Assembly (NCBI GenBank): GCA_031429915.1
Contig: JANPAM010000086.1
Coordinates: 1 to 42,727 of the forward strand
Reading direction: 5' to 3'
Origin: Sphingomonadales bacterium
GTDB taxonomy: Bacteria; Pseudomonadota; Alphaproteobacteria; Sphingomonadales; Sphingomonadaceae
Length of the DNA stretch: 42,727 nucleotides
Shown in pieces: positions 1 to 9,215 of this stretch. The notes beneath the pieces are model-generated. The model did not search any database. It worked only from the letters and a program-made list of their open reading frames with translations, and was not told the DNA's origin. The translations under genes were made by a program, and so were the position numbers. Within the stretch, counting starts at the first letter, position 1. Every line of letters starts with the position of its first letter.

Positions 1-744
1 TGCGCCAATATTCAGACGCCCGCCATCAAGTCCCGCCATTGCAAACCGGAAACCGTCGCCTTCCGCACCGACGCGGTTTTCAACGGGCACTTTCACATTG
101 TCGAATATCACCTGTGCAGTGGGTGAGGCATTCCAACCAAGTTTGCGCTCGGGTGCGCCGAAACTGACGCCCTCCATGCCCTTCTCGATTACAAGACAAC
201 TAATGCCTTTTGGCCCATCGACGCCAGTACGCACCATCGTCACATAGACGTCGTTAACTCCGCCGCCCGAGATAAACTGCTTCGTTCCGTTGACGACATA
301 ATATTCGCCTTCAAGTCGCGCAGTTGTTTTCAGCGCCGCCGCGTCCGAACCGCTGCCGGTTTCGGTTAGGCAATATCCTGCCAACTTTTCCATGCCAACC
401 AGATCGGGCAAATATTTCGCCTTGACCTCAGCTGAGCCGAAACTATCGATCATCCATGAAGCCATGTTGTGGATCGAAATGAACGCACTGGTCGCAGGAC
501 ATCCGTAAGCCATCGCCTCCATAATCAGCGCCGCTTCCAATCTACCAAGCCCGATGCCGCCCGATTCCTCGGAAACGTATATCGACGCAAAGCCCAACTC
601 GGCTGCGGCTTTGATGGTTTCCCGAGGGAAATGGTGTTTTTCATCCCATTCCGCCGCGTTCGGCGTAATCGCGTCGGCAGTGAATTTGCGCGCCATATCC
701 TGAATGGCAAGCTGGTCCTCGGTGAGGTCGAACTGGTTGGTCAT
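1..744 (-). CDS. Acyl-CoA dehydrogenase (isobutyryl-CoA dehydrogenase-like), 3' end truncated by the window edge
   Basis: Not in the ORF track. Manual translation from ATG at 744 gives MTNQFDLTEDQLAIQDMARKFTADAITPNAAEWDEKHHFP...ESGGIGLGRLEAALIMEAMAYGCPATSAFISIHNM...GYCLTETGSGSDAAAL...NGTKQFISGG, a typical ACAD N-terminal and middle domain, open to position 1. Confidence 0.93.
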   Translation of the reverse strand, partial: MTNQFDLTEDQLAIQDMARKFTADAITPNAAEWDEKHHFPRETIKAAAELGFASIYVSEESGGIGLGRLEAALIMEAMAYGCPATSAFISIHNMASWMIDSFGSAEVKAKYLPDLVGMEKLAGYCLTETGSGSDAAALKTTARLEGEYYVVNGTKQFISGGGVNDVYVTMVRTGVDGPKGISCLVIEKGMEGVSFGAPERKLGWNASPTAQVIFDNVKVPVENRVGAEGDGFRFAMAGLDGGRLNIGA

Positions 745-773
745 CACGGTCGCCGTAGCATCGCGATTTTGAC

Positions 774-1229
774 TTATCCAGCCATAAGGGGTGGGCACTT
801 GACGTATTGATAGGCTGCTCCCCCATCCATGTCAGTGCGCGTGAGCCTTTTGCCGTCTTTGCTCAATTGGAAGCCAATGGTTTTATTCCATTTTTCGCCC
901 TCGCTGACGATTTCAAAAGTGGCTTCCATTTCCCGAGACGTTTCTCGCTTGCCTTCGGTCATCGTGCCGATTGAATCGTAAAACTTCACCAGCTTGCCCT
1001 GAAGCGACAGGTTTTGTTCGTTATTCTCGTCCGCGCATTGCGAAGCGACGGCGGCCCACTGCCCCTGATATCCACCGGGAAACTGTGTTATAGCGATCTC
1101 GAGCGGCGCATCCGAAGCTATTAGAGCTGCTTCTGAAGGCATGACCTCACCCTCTGGCGCCCCCGTCTCGTCCGTTGACCCGCACCCTGCCAGAGATAAG
1201 CAGACCAATAACGGCAACCAGCATTTCAT
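774..1229 (-). CDS. Hypothetical lipoprotein
   Basis: 151-aa ORF with a signal peptide and lipobox (LSLAG-C); further Cys residues near WAAVASQC and YVKC. Confidence 0.75.
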   Translation of the reverse strand: MKCWLPLLVCLSLAGCGSTDETGAPEGEVMPSEAALIASDAPLEIAITQFPGGYQGQWAAVASQCADENNEQNLSLQGKLVKFYDSIGTMTEGKRETSREMEATFEIVSEGEKWNKTIGFQLSKDGKRLTRTDMDGGAAYQYVKCPPLMAG

Positions 1230-1455
1230 GATATTTTATCCCAAATCTGACACAGCATAACACATTGAACATTGACAAGTTCCGTGGCGGCACCGTCAGC
1301 GCGGCCGAACTTGCGGTGCCATTTTGCAACGTCCACCACGGCTCTTGCAACGGATCGCGGTCGTTTTGCGGAATCCGTGAAATACCCCTGGCCAATGTGA
1401 ATGTGTCAAAAAGGACTGGCGAGCGCCGCATCGTCCTGCTAACCGCGCTGACGTT

Positions 1456-1532
1456 GCACCCATAGCTCAGCTGGATAGAGCGCTGCCCTCCGAAGGCAGA
1501 GGCCGGGGATTCGAATTCCTCTGGGTGCACCA
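1456..1532 (+). tRNA. tRNA-Arg (anticodon CCG)
   Basis: Full cloverleaf: acceptor GCACCCA/TGGGTGC, D-arm GCTC/GAGC, anticodon arm CTGCC-CTCCGAA-GGCAG, T-loop TTCGAAT, encoded CCA. Confidence 0.97.
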
Positions 1533-1545
1533 TTTTCTCCAGCAT

Positions 1546-2663
1546 TCAGCCTAACAGCAAGTCTCCAAGCTTCGCGCGCTGCCACGCCGCATCGCCGAAC
1601 TGCGAGGCGTGGAATATTGCCGCGCGGCGGTGGAGGCCGGCATCGCAGTCATGGGTGAAGCCGAAGCCGCCGTGGAACTGGACCGACCGGTCGGCGGCGT
1701 GGCTGTATGCGCCGTCGGCTGCGGCCTTTGCCATTCGAACCGCGATTTCGCCAAGCCCCTGGTCGCTAAAGCTGTCGGCGGCGCTGTAGAGGTGCGAACG
1801 TGCCTTTTCATAATCGACATAGGCGTCGACCATCGGGTGTTTCAGCGCCTGATATTCGCCGATGATCTTGCCAAACTGTTTGCGAGTTTGGAGGTAGCCG
1901 ATCGTATAGTCGATCACGCTTTGCGTGCCGCCGCACATTTCGGCGGTTTGCAGCAAGGCCGCTGCAACGTCGAGATGCGCAAGCGTCGCGGTGGCTTTTG
2001 CCGGGTCGAGTAAAGCGGATTTGGCAACGGATATGCCATCGAGATTGAGCGCAAAGCTGCGTTTTGTTTCGTCGATAATCGCCTCGCGGCGAAGGCGGCC
2101 TGCGATATCTTCGGCGGTCAGCAACACCAACGCACTTTGCCGTCAAGCATGACCGATGTGATAACGACTTCGGCAGCGTCAGCCCACAAAACGAACAGTT
2201 TTTCGCCCGACATAACCAGCCGGTCGCCATCGGAGTACGCGGTTGCGGTAATGTTGGTCAGGTCCCAGTCGCCATGCGCCTCAGCCAGCGCCAGAGTGCC
2301 AACCGCGGCTTCGGCAAGCTTGGGCAACCATTCGGCCTGTTGGACCTCGCTCCCGCCAGCGACCAGCGCCTGTGCGGCGAGCGTGGTTGCAACGAAAGGC
2401 GACGCCATCAGGTTGCGGCCCATTTGCTCAACCAGCGGCACGACCTCAGCCAAGGAGAGCCCGACGCCTCCTTGTGCTTCGGGTATCGCGACGGCGGTCC
2501 AGCCGAGCCCGGCGATCTCACCCCACACAGCCGCATCATAACCGGTGTCGCTATCGATTAGCTTACGGACCTTGTCGATTGGCGATTTATCGCGGCAAAA
2601 TGTTGTTGCCACATCGAGCAGTTCGATCTGCTCTTCGCTGTAGCCTAAGCCTGCAAGCTGCAC
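1546..2663 (-). pseudogene. Acyl-CoA dehydrogenase family gene split by a 1-nt frameshift (real pseudogene or sequencing error)
   Basis: ORF 2118-2663 is the ACAD N-half (SEEQIELLD, LGWTAVAIPEAQGGVGL, GEKLFV). ORF 1546-2130 is the C-half (RKQFGKIIGEYQALKH, QFHGGFGFT). They join at GGC AAA GTG CG TTG GTG near 2133; adding one base restores ...DGKVALVLL... Confidence 0.88.
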
Positions 2664-2742
2664 GTTTCTCTCCTCGTATTTCCGAATGCTTATGAGGCGA
2701 GGCGAGGCGAAAAATCAAGCGGGTTTAATCAGCCAATTAAAA

Positions 2743-4368
2743 CTATACCATCTCCAGCACATTGCGACCGGCACGCACCCGCATCTTATGGCTCTTCTTC
2801 GTTCCCATTGACACCGACTTCACGGTGTCCATGAAAACCCATTCGTTGGTCGCGGCCTGCGGGGTAAGCGACAGGTGCATATAACCGCGGTTCGAGGTAT
2901 CGACCCAGCGAAGCTCCGCCTTATTCGTCTCCACCAGGTTGCGAGCTATCAGCATTGGATCGGTGCCTTGAGTAGCGCTTTCGAAACCGGGCGAGGACAC
3001 ACTATGGCCGCCGAATTCCACACCAGCCGGTTTGCCACCCTCGGGCAGGTCGAATGCCCATCCATTGTGGCTGTCGCCGGTGATGACGACCAGATTGGCA
3101 TCTGCACGTTGCGCCGCAGCCAGCAGCCGCGACCGCGCCACCGGATAGCCACCCCAATTGTCGAGGTTATAGGGAAGACCTGCCTTTGCCGCGGCGATCC
3201 CCTGCCGAGCATAGGTCCGGTTACGCTCGGGCGCATCTTTGGGGAACCAGTCCAGCGCCTGCTCGGGCGTCGAGTTGTAGCCCATGTTGGTGCCGGAGCC
3301 GAGCACGGTCCAGATCGCAGCATCACGGGCAAACCCGCGCGCAAGCCAGCTTTCCTGTTCGGTGCCGAGCATTGTCATCGACGGGTCACGCCAAGCGCCG
3401 TCGCGGAATTCTGCCATCGCCTTGGCCGGGTCGGAAGCGCGCATCAGGTCGCCGTGCCAATATGGCTTCGACCGCGCAACCATCCGTGTGTCGGTGCGGT
3501 AATAGGTCGCCAGTTCGCCAATTTCGTAGGTCTTCCAAGGCTGCTCGCCCACCGGCAGCCATTCGCGCCAGACTTGCATTGCGGCGTTGCGCCGGTTGCT
3601 CCAGTCACCTTCGTCAACGCTATGGTTCTGCGCACCGCCCTCCCAGCTGTCGTTCGCACCTTCATGATCGTCGGTATTGGCAATGACTGGAAAATTGGCG
3701 TGAAGCGCCTGCAGCTGCGGATCGGACCGATAGCTTGAATAGCGCAGGCGGTAATCAGCTAGGTTCAGTATCTCGTCACCCGGAAAAATCCGTTCAGCAA
3801 ATTTTGCTCCGGCATCATACCCGCCTCGACCATATTCGTAGATGTAATCGCCCATGTGCAGCACGAGGTCGATGTCATCGCGCTTCGCTGCATGACCATA
3901 TGCGTTAAATTCGCCGTGCCCGAGATTTGAGCATGAGAAAATCGCGACATTGAACTTTGCGGTTCTGCCGACCGGCAGTGTCTTTGTGCGGCCTACGGGC
4001 GACATAATGCCATCAGGCGCTATAAAGCGGAACCAATGCCATTTGCCGGGGGCTAGATTGTCGACGGTAATCTTAACGGTATGGTCACGCCATGGACCAG
4101 TCACCATCTGCCCGCCGCCAGCAATTTTAGCGAAGTCCTTGCTCTCCGAAATCTCGACCCGCACCTTCGACGGTCCGCCGGTTGCACTCACATACCGGGT
4201 CCAAAGCAGCACCGAATCCTGCCCGGGCTCGCCGCTCGCGACATTATGCGTAAAGCCGGTCAGCCCCAGCAACGCCTGCGCCATCGCCGCTCCGCCGGGC
4301 ATCGCCAGCCCGCCAATGCCGAAGCCTGCGGTCGCAATCAGGGCACGGCGGTTGATAATCAATGACAT
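2743..4368 (-). CDS. phoD: Alkaline phosphatase D family protein, Tat-exported
   Basis: Twin-arginine leader (INRRALI) and PhoD motifs VASGEP..LWTR, FSCSN, HMGDYIYE, DDHE..ND, DNWGGYP, TGDSH. ATG at 4368 follows an AAGGA RBS. Confidence 0.93.
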   Translation of the reverse strand: MSLIINRRALIATAGFGIGGLAMPGGAAMAQALLGLTGFTHNVASGEPGQDSVLLWTRYVSATGGPSKVRVEISESKDFAKIAGGGQMVTGPWRDHTVKITVDNLAPGKWHWFRFIAPDGIMSPVGRTKTLPVGRTAKFNVAIFSCSNLGHGEFNAYGHAAKRDDIDLVLHMGDYIYEYGRGGYDAGAKFAERIFPGDEILNLADYRLRYSSYRSDPQLQALHANFPVIANTDDHEGANDSWEGGAQNHSVDEGDWSNRRNAAMQVWREWLPVGEQPWKTYEIGELATYYRTDTRMVARSKPYWHGDLMRASDPAKAMAEFRDGAWRDPSMTMLGTEQESWLARGFARDAAIWTVLGSGTNMGYNSTPEQALDWFPKDAPERNRTYARQGIAAAKAGLPYNLDNWGGYPVARSRLLAAAQRADANLVVITGDSHNGWAFDLPEGGKPAGVEFGGHSVSSPGFESATQGTDPMLIARNLVETNKAELRWVDTSNRGYMHLSLTPQAATNEWVFMDTVKSVSMGTKKSHKMRVRAGRNVLEMV

Positions 4369-4415
4369 CGACAATTCCTTTAATCCCAAACGACACTATG
4401 CGGTAGGCTGTTGCG

Positions 4416-4433
4416 ATTGCAACGATATTACAA
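4416..4433 (-). promoter_or_regulatory. Pho box-like site upstream of phoD
   Basis: Minus strand TTGTAAT-ATCG-TTGCAAT: two heptamers 11 bp apart resembling the CTGTCAT consensus, overlapping the kynA stop codon. Confidence 0.5.
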
Positions 4434-5225
4434 CTGGGTACGAAGCGACCACAACTCAGGAAATGCGCGCTTGATGACGGTGCCGGCAAGATAACTAACT
4501 CCGGCCGTCCCACCGGTGCCACGCTTACCGCCGATAATGCGCTCAACGGTCAGCACATGCTTGTGCCGCCACGTCGCCATAGCATCATCGAGATCGACCA
4601 GCTTTTCGGCAAGTTGATACAGTTCCCAATAGCGCTCGGTGTCGCGGTAGACCTCAAGGAACCCCGCCTCCACTTCTGGCGAGAACACATGCGGTTGCGC
4701 CCAGTCGCGTTCGAGTTGACCCAACGGCACGTCGATCCCCGCTCGCGCCAGTGCAATGATCGTATCGTCCCAGATGCTTGGCTCGACCAAAGCCTCTGCC
4801 ATCTCCGCACGTGCTGCGGGCCGGTCATCCTGATATTTGAGAAATCCTGCGTCTTTAAGCCCGAGCAGATATTCGACCGTGCGAAACTGGTCCGACTGAA
4901 AACCCGAACTCGGCCCCAGCACATGACGGAACCGCGTGTAGTCGGACGGCGTCATCGTCGAGAGCACGTCCCAACTAAGCGTCATAACTGCTTGAATCCG
5001 GCTGACTCGCGCCAGCGCCTTATAGGCGGGGACCAGCGCATCGACCTGTATTTGCTCCTTGGCAAATTTCAGCTCGCGTATCATCTGCTTCAGCCATAAT
5101 TCCTTGGTCTGATGGATGATGATAAATAGCATTTCATCGTCAAGATCGGACTGGGGGTTCTGGCTGGAGAGCAAGGTATCAAGCGCGAGGTACCGCGCAT
5201 AAGTCATCGGCTTTATGTCAGTCAT
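4428..5225 (-). CDS. kynA: Tryptophan 2,3-dioxygenase
   Basis: Motifs MTYARYLALDTLLSSQ, DEMLFIIIHQTKELWLK, SSGFQS, WRHKHVLTVERIIGGKRGTGGTAGVSYL, FPELWSLRT. Start placed at MTDIKP. Confidence 0.95.
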   Translation of the reverse strand: MTDIKPMTYARYLALDTLLSSQNPQSDLDDEMLFIIIHQTKELWLKQMIRELKFAKEQIQVDALVPAYKALARVSRIQAVMTLSWDVLSTMTPSDYTRFRHVLGPSSGFQSDQFRTVEYLLGLKDAGFLKYQDDRPAARAEMAEALVEPSIWDDTIIALARAGIDVPLGQLERDWAQPHVFSPEVEAGFLEVYRDTERYWELYQLAEKLVDLDDAMATWRHKHVLTVERIIGGKRGTGGTAGVSYLAGTVIKRAFPELWSLRTQL

Positions 5226-5372
5226 GACGCCAGAATAGCCGCGCGATCGGGATCGGTCCATTGTATCACCGCATTCTTCGTGATAATTATCTGCTGGGTC
5301 GTGCCGCAAGCCAGTTTGACGTCGGGAGAATGTTGACTGGCTGAACTGCTATATACCGGCAAGGAGGAGCCC

Positions 5373-6110
5373 ATGACCCGCTACATCTTTCTGTTTTTTT
5401 CAGTCGTCGCCTATTCAATCTTTTTTGCGACATTTTTGTATTTGATCGCATTTGTCGGCAATCTGCCGGTGCCGCGAACGGTCGACCAAGGCGGAATGGT
5501 GACCAGCGTCGGGGTGGCATTGATCGTCAATATCCTGCTAATCGCGTTGTTCGGTGTTCAACACAGCGTAATGGCACGGCAGGGTTTCAAAGCCGCTTGG
5601 ACCCGAATAGTTCCGGTCCCTATCGAGCGAAGCATGTACGTGTTGCTCACGAGCGTTGCCTTGTGGGTCATGTTCCATTTCTGGCGGCCGATCACGGGCG
5701 ACGTGTGGCGTATCGATAACGCCATTGGTGCGGGTGCGATGTGGATCCTGTTTGCGGCAGGCTGGCTGATTGTTCTGACCAGCACCTTCCTCATAAATCA
5801 TTTCGAACTTTTCGGATTACAGCAAGTCTGGCTTCACGCGCGCGGGAAATCGGCGGCGGCACCCAAATTCAGAACGCCGTTCTTCTACAAGTTCGTCCGC
5901 CACCCACTCTATTCGGGCTTCTTTCTGGCGTTCTGGGCGACGCCGCATATGACCTATGGACATCTTCTGCTGGCGCTTGGAATGTCGGCCTATATGCTGA
6001 TCGCAATTTCTTATGAAGAACGCGATCTCGTCGGCCATTTCGGTCCGGATTATGAGCAGTACAAAGAGAATGTCGGAATGCTGGTCCCGCGACCGCGCAA
6101 AGGCGGTTAG
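5373..6110 (+). CDS. mddA: Methanethiol S-methyltransferase (MddA; isoprenylcysteine carboxyl methyltransferase family)
   Basis: Polytopic membrane protein with QHSVMARQGFK, PIERSMYVL, INHFELFGLQQV, YKFVRHPLY, FWATPHMT.GHLL and YEERDLV; strong AGGAGG RBS. Confidence 0.85.
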   Translation: MTRYIFLFFSVVAYSIFFATFLYLIAFVGNLPVPRTVDQGGMVTSVGVALIVNILLIALFGVQHSVMARQGFKAAWTRIVPVPIERSMYVLLTSVALWVMFHFWRPITGDVWRIDNAIGAGAMWILFAAGWLIVLTSTFLINHFELFGLQQVWLHARGKSAAAPKFRTPFFYKFVRHPLYSGFFLAFWATPHMTYGHLLLALGMSAYMLIAISYEERDLVGHFGPDYEQYKENVGMLVPRPRKGG

Positions 6111-6117
6111 TAATAGG

Positions 6118-6154
6118 GAAAGCCGGAAAAGGCTTGTCCCCTCGTCCGGCTTTC
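6118..6154. terminator. Hairpin between convergent mddA and TonB-dependent receptor genes (probable terminator)
   Basis: 10-bp inverted repeat GAAAGCCGGA...TCCGGCTTTC. Confidence 0.6.
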
Positions 6155-6177
6155 GTAATTCAGAACGTGACGTTCGC

Positions 6178-8991
6178 TCAAAAGTTGACGCGAACACCGC
6201 TGGTGTAGCGGCGGCCAAACCGTTCCCATTCAATCGTATACTGGCTTTGATCGACAAAACGGCGACCCGGATTATTCAGCAGGTTCGATGCGTCAAAATA
6301 AACTTCGATATTCTGGTTCACTGCATATCGTGCCGAGAAATCGAGCTCGTCATCGGTGGCCCAATAGAAGTCACCGCCATCAATACCGCGCGGCTCTGTG
6401 TTGACCGCACCGACAGCGCCAAACGCGCCCAATTCGTCAAGCCAATCGGTACGTTTTTGATAATTCAACCGTAACGACAATCCGTATTTTTCATAATAGG
6501 CGCCGATATTGTAGACCGCATCCGACGTTCCGGGAAACGAGACTTTCTGACCATCCGGACGAGTTGCCCGGCTTTTGTTGAGCGTGGCATTCGCCGAGAG
6601 ACCGAAGCCGCCCATCCAATCGGGCAGGCCAAGATCAGTGGTATAGGCTTCGAGCTGGAGTTGGATGGCACCTTCAACACCATAGATGTAACCGCTGCCG
6701 CCATTTGCAATGGCGCTGAATTGGTAGTTCGACCGGTCAACGCCGTTGGAATCGAGCAAGTCTGATCCATAAGTCCGCGTGGTGTCGAATAACACGTCCT
6801 TGGCGCGCTTGTAGAATACACCGATTGAAGCAAAACCGCGAGGTTGGATATACCACTCGGCATAAGCATCGACACCCCAAGCCTTTTCGGCGGTAGCGTT
6901 AGGATTGCCAGCCGAAATTGACTGGCTGGCGTCGTTGACGACGAAGTTCGGACGCAGTTCGTCATAATCGGGACGAGCGGCACCGGTGGTGAAACCAATC
7001 CGCAGCTTTTTGTCGTCATCCCAGTTATAATTCAGATGTACGCTCGGGAAGAACAACGTGCTGTCGCTGCTTACCGATACCGGCTGCAGGATCGTCCGGC
7101 TTGGCACCGCCGGATTGCTACCCGACGCCGGGATAGCCGCGGTTGTAATTGTCGCAATGGCGTTGCCGACATTTTTGATGCGTTCGACGCGGACACCGCC
7201 GACGATGCTACCCCAATCGAACTTGGAGGTCGCCATGACATATCCTGCCAAGATTTCTTCTTCGACGTTGAAGTTATTTGCGATCAATGGCGTGCGCGCG
7301 ACGACACCGCGCAAGCTTTTTGCATAGGCCTTGAACGCGTCGGTATCGAAATAGCGGAAATCATAGCTTAGTGGAATTTTGCCCTGAAATGGCTGATCGA
7401 TAGTCGATGGCAAGTAGGTTACCGGAATTCCGGCTGCACCGAATTGCGCGGCTGTGGTAGCGCGAAATTCACTTTCGTCACGGTCTTTGGTGCGCTGGTC
7501 GTATTGCAATCCAAACGCCAATTTGGTCTCGCCGCCGAACCAGCCGGTGTTGTAGGCAAGATCGAGCTTGCCGGTATATGCTGTTGTGACGTCAATCAAA
7601 TCGGCTGACACTGCCGACACGAGCGGTCGGACGAAGGTTTCGATGTTGCGTGTCTCGGCACCCGTCTGGAACGTTCCATTGAGGTTGGCAATCGTCGAAA
7701 ACAGTCGCAACCGCGCCAAGTTCGGATCTGTGAGGTCATACATCACCGATGGACGCAGATTGCGCGTTGATGGGCTTTCATACCGGTTTTCAAGCACCAC
7801 CGAACGATCATCAAGCGAGCGAGTGTAATTGGCGCGCCAGTTCATTTCCCAATCGCCAAATTTATGATCGCCGCCCAGCGTGTTGGTCTGAACGGACTGT
7901 TTGAACGCGCGTAATGTCGCGCGCTGGTTGATGTCGATGCCGTAAACGGTGCCGGTCAACGGCGTGTTGCCGATACATACATCTGCATAGCCTGTGTTGC
8001 GCGGCGTTGGAGTGAATGCGATTGTACACGGTGCCGTGCCGCGCGTGTTATCGTTTTGCCTGTCGTCCAGATCAAAGATGAAGTTGTCGCGCGCTTCATC
8101 GTCAGTGAACGCCGTGTAGAGCGACTGGACGAATATGCGGTTATCGTCATCGGGGCGGAAATCGACCATACCGGAAACCGAATAGTTCTTTCGAGTCAGG
8201 CGGTAGAGTTTGTTTTCGGTTTCACGCGCCCATTTGCGGTCGAAAAATCCCGGTTGCTGGTCCTGCGCGACGGCTTCCCAGTCATTTTCAAAATTGTCGG
8301 TAATCATGTCACGTTTGTAGTAGGAACCAGCAAGCAGAACGCCGATTTCTCCTACGTTGGTGTCGAACCGTTTCGACGCGACTGCCGATCCTTCATACTC
8401 CATCCGCGAACCATATTCGACATGACCTGCACCTGCTTTCAGGGCAATTTTACCGTCTGGATAATCGAATGGTGTTCTGGTGATTATGTCGACGTTACCA
8501 GCGATGGTTTCACCAGTCATATTCGGCGTAACCGCCTTGCGAACAATGATTTTCGACGCCAGTGCCGACGGGATAGAGTCAAATCGTGAGTCGCGGCCTT
8601 CGGGGCTGACGATGGTCAGGCCATCGAGCGAGATCGTCGTCCACGTCTTTGGTGCTCCACGCAGGTTGATGTAGCGTGCCTGGCCTTGGTCGCGCTGGAC
8701 CGCGACTCCTGGTAGCCGGGAAGCTGCTTGTGCGATATTCTGGTCTGGCAAGCGACCGACTGAATCGGATGCTGCCACGCTGATAAGCGAATCCGAATTT
8801 TTCTGGATTTCGAGCGCTGCCGCTTCAGATTCAGCGATTGGTCGCGAGCCGGTCACGACGATCGAATCGTCATCCGAAACATCATCAGCAACGGGTGCTG
8901 TCCCAATGGTTTGCGCTTGAGCCGTTATTGTCATGGCAACCGCCATCGCGGCAAAACTGGTGAGGTAGAAAAAATGTCTTTTGATTGTCAT
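6178..8991 (-). CDS. TonB-dependent receptor, phytase-associated
   Basis: Signal peptide, TonB box-like DSIVVTGSR, plug motifs LPDQNIAQAASRLPGV and RYINLRG, C-terminal ...GVRVNF. Divergent from the phytase gene with shared Pho boxes. Confidence 0.93.
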   Translation of the reverse strand: MTIKRHFFYLTSFAAMAVAMTITAQAQTIGTAPVADDVSDDDSIVVTGSRPIAESEAAALEIQKNSDSLISVAASDSVGRLPDQNIAQAASRLPGVAVQRDQGQARYINLRGAPKTWTTISLDGLTIVSPEGRDSRFDSIPSALASKIIVRKAVTPNMTGETIAGNVDIITRTPFDYPDGKIALKAGAGHVEYGSRMEYEGSAVASKRFDTNVGEIGVLLAGSYYKRDMITDNFENDWEAVAQDQQPGFFDRKWARETENKLYRLTRKNYSVSGMVDFRPDDDNRIFVQSLYTAFTDDEARDNFIFDLDDRQNDNTRGTAPCTIAFTPTPRNTGYADVCIGNTPLTGTVYGIDINQRATLRAFKQSVQTNTLGGDHKFGDWEMNWRANYTRSLDDRSVVLENRYESPSTRNLRPSVMYDLTDPNLARLRLFSTIANLNGTFQTGAETRNIETFVRPLVSAVSADLIDVTTAYTGKLDLAYNTGWFGGETKLAFGLQYDQRTKDRDESEFRATTAAQFGAAGIPVTYLPSTIDQPFQGKIPLSYDFRYFDTDAFKAYAKSLRGVVARTPLIANNFNVEEEILAGYVMATSKFDWGSIVGGVRVERIKNVGNAIATITTAAIPASGSNPAVPSRTILQPVSVSSDSTLFFPSVHLNYNWDDDKKLRIGFTTGAARPDYDELRPNFVVNDASQSISAGNPNATAEKAWGVDAYAEWYIQPRGFASIGVFYKRAKDVLFDTTRTYGSDLLDSNGVDRSNYQFSAIANGGSGYIYGVEGAIQLQLEAYTTDLGLPDWMGGFGLSANATLNKSRATRPDGQKVSFPGTSDAVYNIGAYYEKYGLSLRLNYQKRTDWLDELGAFGAVGAVNTEPRGIDGGDFYWATDDELDFSARYAVNQNIEVYFDASNLLNNPGRRFVDQSQYTIEWERFGRRYTSGVRVNF

Positions 8992-9070
8992 GAGGGCCCC
9001 CTGCTTGCAAAGAATGTTGCATTTGCGAAGGCGCCCTAGCTGGGCAAAAAGACTACACCGCTACCGGTTG

Positions 9071-9130
9071 ATGACGGTTTGATGTGGGGATAATGACAGG
9101 CCTGTCACGTCTCTGACACCGAATTGTAAA
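9071..9130. promoter_or_regulatory. Back-to-back divergent Pho box arrays (PhoB sites)
   Basis: Plus strand CTGTCAC-N4-CTGACAC-N4-TTGTAAA (9102-9130). Minus strand CTGTCAT-N4-CCCACAT-N4-CCGTCAT (9099-9071). Both have an 11-bp period, centred on the palindrome TGACAGGCCTGTCA. Confidence 0.82.
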
Positions 9131-9215
9131 ATGCCGTGCATAGGCGCTGCGCACGTTATTCTACGATTTATACCAAGGAAAAATCATGCGAAAATCGACT
9201 TTTGGTTGCGGCGTA

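Noticed and set aside
1456-1545. tRNA-Arg as an integration site for a genomic island
   Set aside because: No duplicated tRNA 3' end, integrase or phage gene was seen in the window.
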